Under the pieces are notes generated by a model. The model did no database searches and was not told the DNA's origin. It was given only the letters and a program-made list of their open reading frames with translations. Below are positions 62,590 through 64,000 of a stretch of DNA of 64,000 nucleotides, piece by piece. Position numbers and translations under genes: made by a program. Within the stretch, counting starts at the first letter, position 1. The number at the start of each line of letters is the position of its first letter. Origin of the DNA: Neoechinorhynchus agilis (taxonomy: Eukaryota > Animalia > Acanthocephala); contig CM121341.1 in NCBI GenBank assembly GCA_051530055.1, positions 1,054,001-1,118,000 on the forward strand. Direction: 5' to 3'.

Positions 62590-64000
62590 TGTTTGATGCA
62601 TTGGCGAAGTGGCCTTTCTGTTTTTCCCACGTACGTGACCAAGTGGCCACGGTCAATCCGACACCGTTCACACCGGATCTCGTAGACTACACTGCTCTGA
62701 TCGCACATCTTCCAGTCACGATCAATGGCTTGCTGACGCTCCTCGTCCATCCGCGCACCTGCTGTGTATCTGCACATTAGGCACGACCGAGGGCATTCCT
62801 GATGATCCTCATGATGCCTCGTTCTCGTCAGCATCCTCCGCAGCGTTCTACACCCTCTGTGCACAATACGCACATTCAACCCTGCTTGCCTGAGCAGTAC
62901 TTTAACTCTCTTCGTGAACATTTCACTCACGTACGGAATTCGTAGGATCGGACTATCGTCCTTTCGTTCCCTCATGGGTCCAACGTCCCGTCTAATTCTA
63001 TTTTCCACTTCTCGCTGGAATCCTTCGATCTCCTCTGTCGAATATCCGTTGTCCGCGAAGATCTTGTTTACTGCTTCCACCGCTCCACGCTTCGCGTCCC
63101 ACGACGATGAGCAGGTGGTTGCCGATTTATGCATACCAGCGTATATCGCCGCTTTCATCGCCCAAGGATGATGAGAATCTCGGTGCATCACAATCGACTT
63201 CCTGCATGGCTTTCGATACCAATTGAAGTTGGATACATCGTCGGATTTGAAGCGGAGATTGAGGAATGGCAGGTAGTCCGAAGGTTGGTCTCTCGTAACC
63301 CGAATCCTCCTATTCGAGTCCATTGAATTTAATAGTGACTTAATGGTATCGACCTCATCATCCTCGGTGAAGGTCAACAACACATCGTCCACATAGCGGA
63401 GGTAAACTTGACTCGACGCTAAATGTGGATAGATGTGCTGTCTTTCCAGGTCATAAAGGTAGAGGATGGCCAATACCGGAGCTAAACTATTTCCCATTGC
63501 AAGACCACGAACTTGCTTATATAGCTGGTTTCGATAACGAAAAAGGTTGCACTTCAGTACCAATCGTGTCGGACCAATAACATCGTCTGGTAGTAGACCA
63601 AAGAGGTCAAGATCCTCATTCTCCTTCAACCTTTTCTCCAGCGCACGTACTGCTCCCTCGTTGTCCACATTGGTGTACTATGCTACGAAATCAAAAGACA
63701 TTACGCGACTGTTGGTCAATTCATTCTGTCGCGATCGCAGGGTTGATAGCAGCTCATCAGTATTGCTCACAAATGCCCGTGTCCTCCGTAGCAATGGACC
63801 GATAGCCGAAGCCAGGAAACGAGAAACACGGTACGCTGGTCCATTAACCGCAGATATGATTGGTCTGCATTTCAGCAACGAGGCTGCTTGCGGTGTAACC
63901 GGACCAATAGGCATCTTGTGTGTCTTGACCAATCCGTACATCGCCAGCGTACGTAATGGTCCGTGTGTGAAACTGCTCATCCCTTTCAACTCTCGAGCCG
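62590..64000 (-). mobile_element. Penelope-like element, best-preserved copy; one nonsense codon; truncated inside GIY-YIG; continues past the window edge
   Basis: CRPIIS, SFDFVA*YTNV (stop 63678-80, both ORFs in one frame), QVRGLAMGNSLAP, YLRYVDD, CERC..TYVGKTER. Confidence 0.93.

Overview
Eukaryotic, AT-rich, gene-dense window from an animal-like genome (species not determinable) whose ordinary introns are short and GT-AG. Recognisable genes: RPL39, RPS29, two inverted NUP42/NUPL2-like paralogs, clathrin heavy chain, ORMDL, guanylate kinase, BolA2 and XPC/Rad4. There is also a ~3,000-aa repeat protein with a possible NDRG-like alpha/beta-hydrolase tail, PDE exon fragments and an orphan 496-aa ORF. 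Between genes lie decayed retroelements (Penelope-like, CRE-type RLE LINEs, RTE, other LINE RT fragments) and tandem arrays with 102, 203, 226, 229 and coding ~294 bp units. The main signal is that four (possibly five) interruptions in conserved genes (CLTC x2, ORMDL, XPC x1-2) are bounded by 15-20 bp terminal inverted repeats of unrelated sequence plus 2-3 bp direct repeats. The conserved protein is restored only by a non-GT-AG excision, while the canonical introns nearby have no such repeats. This points to a candidate structure-defined intron (or DNA-excision) system; in-frame GT-AG alternatives that distort the proteins exist, so RNA data are decisive. A second signal is a set of minimal hammerhead-ribozyme motifs at Penelope 3' ends and three ~190-bp head-to-head palindromes built from such ends. 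All homology calls come from motif recognition by eye; no searches were run, and no rRNA, tRNA or CRISPR was seen.
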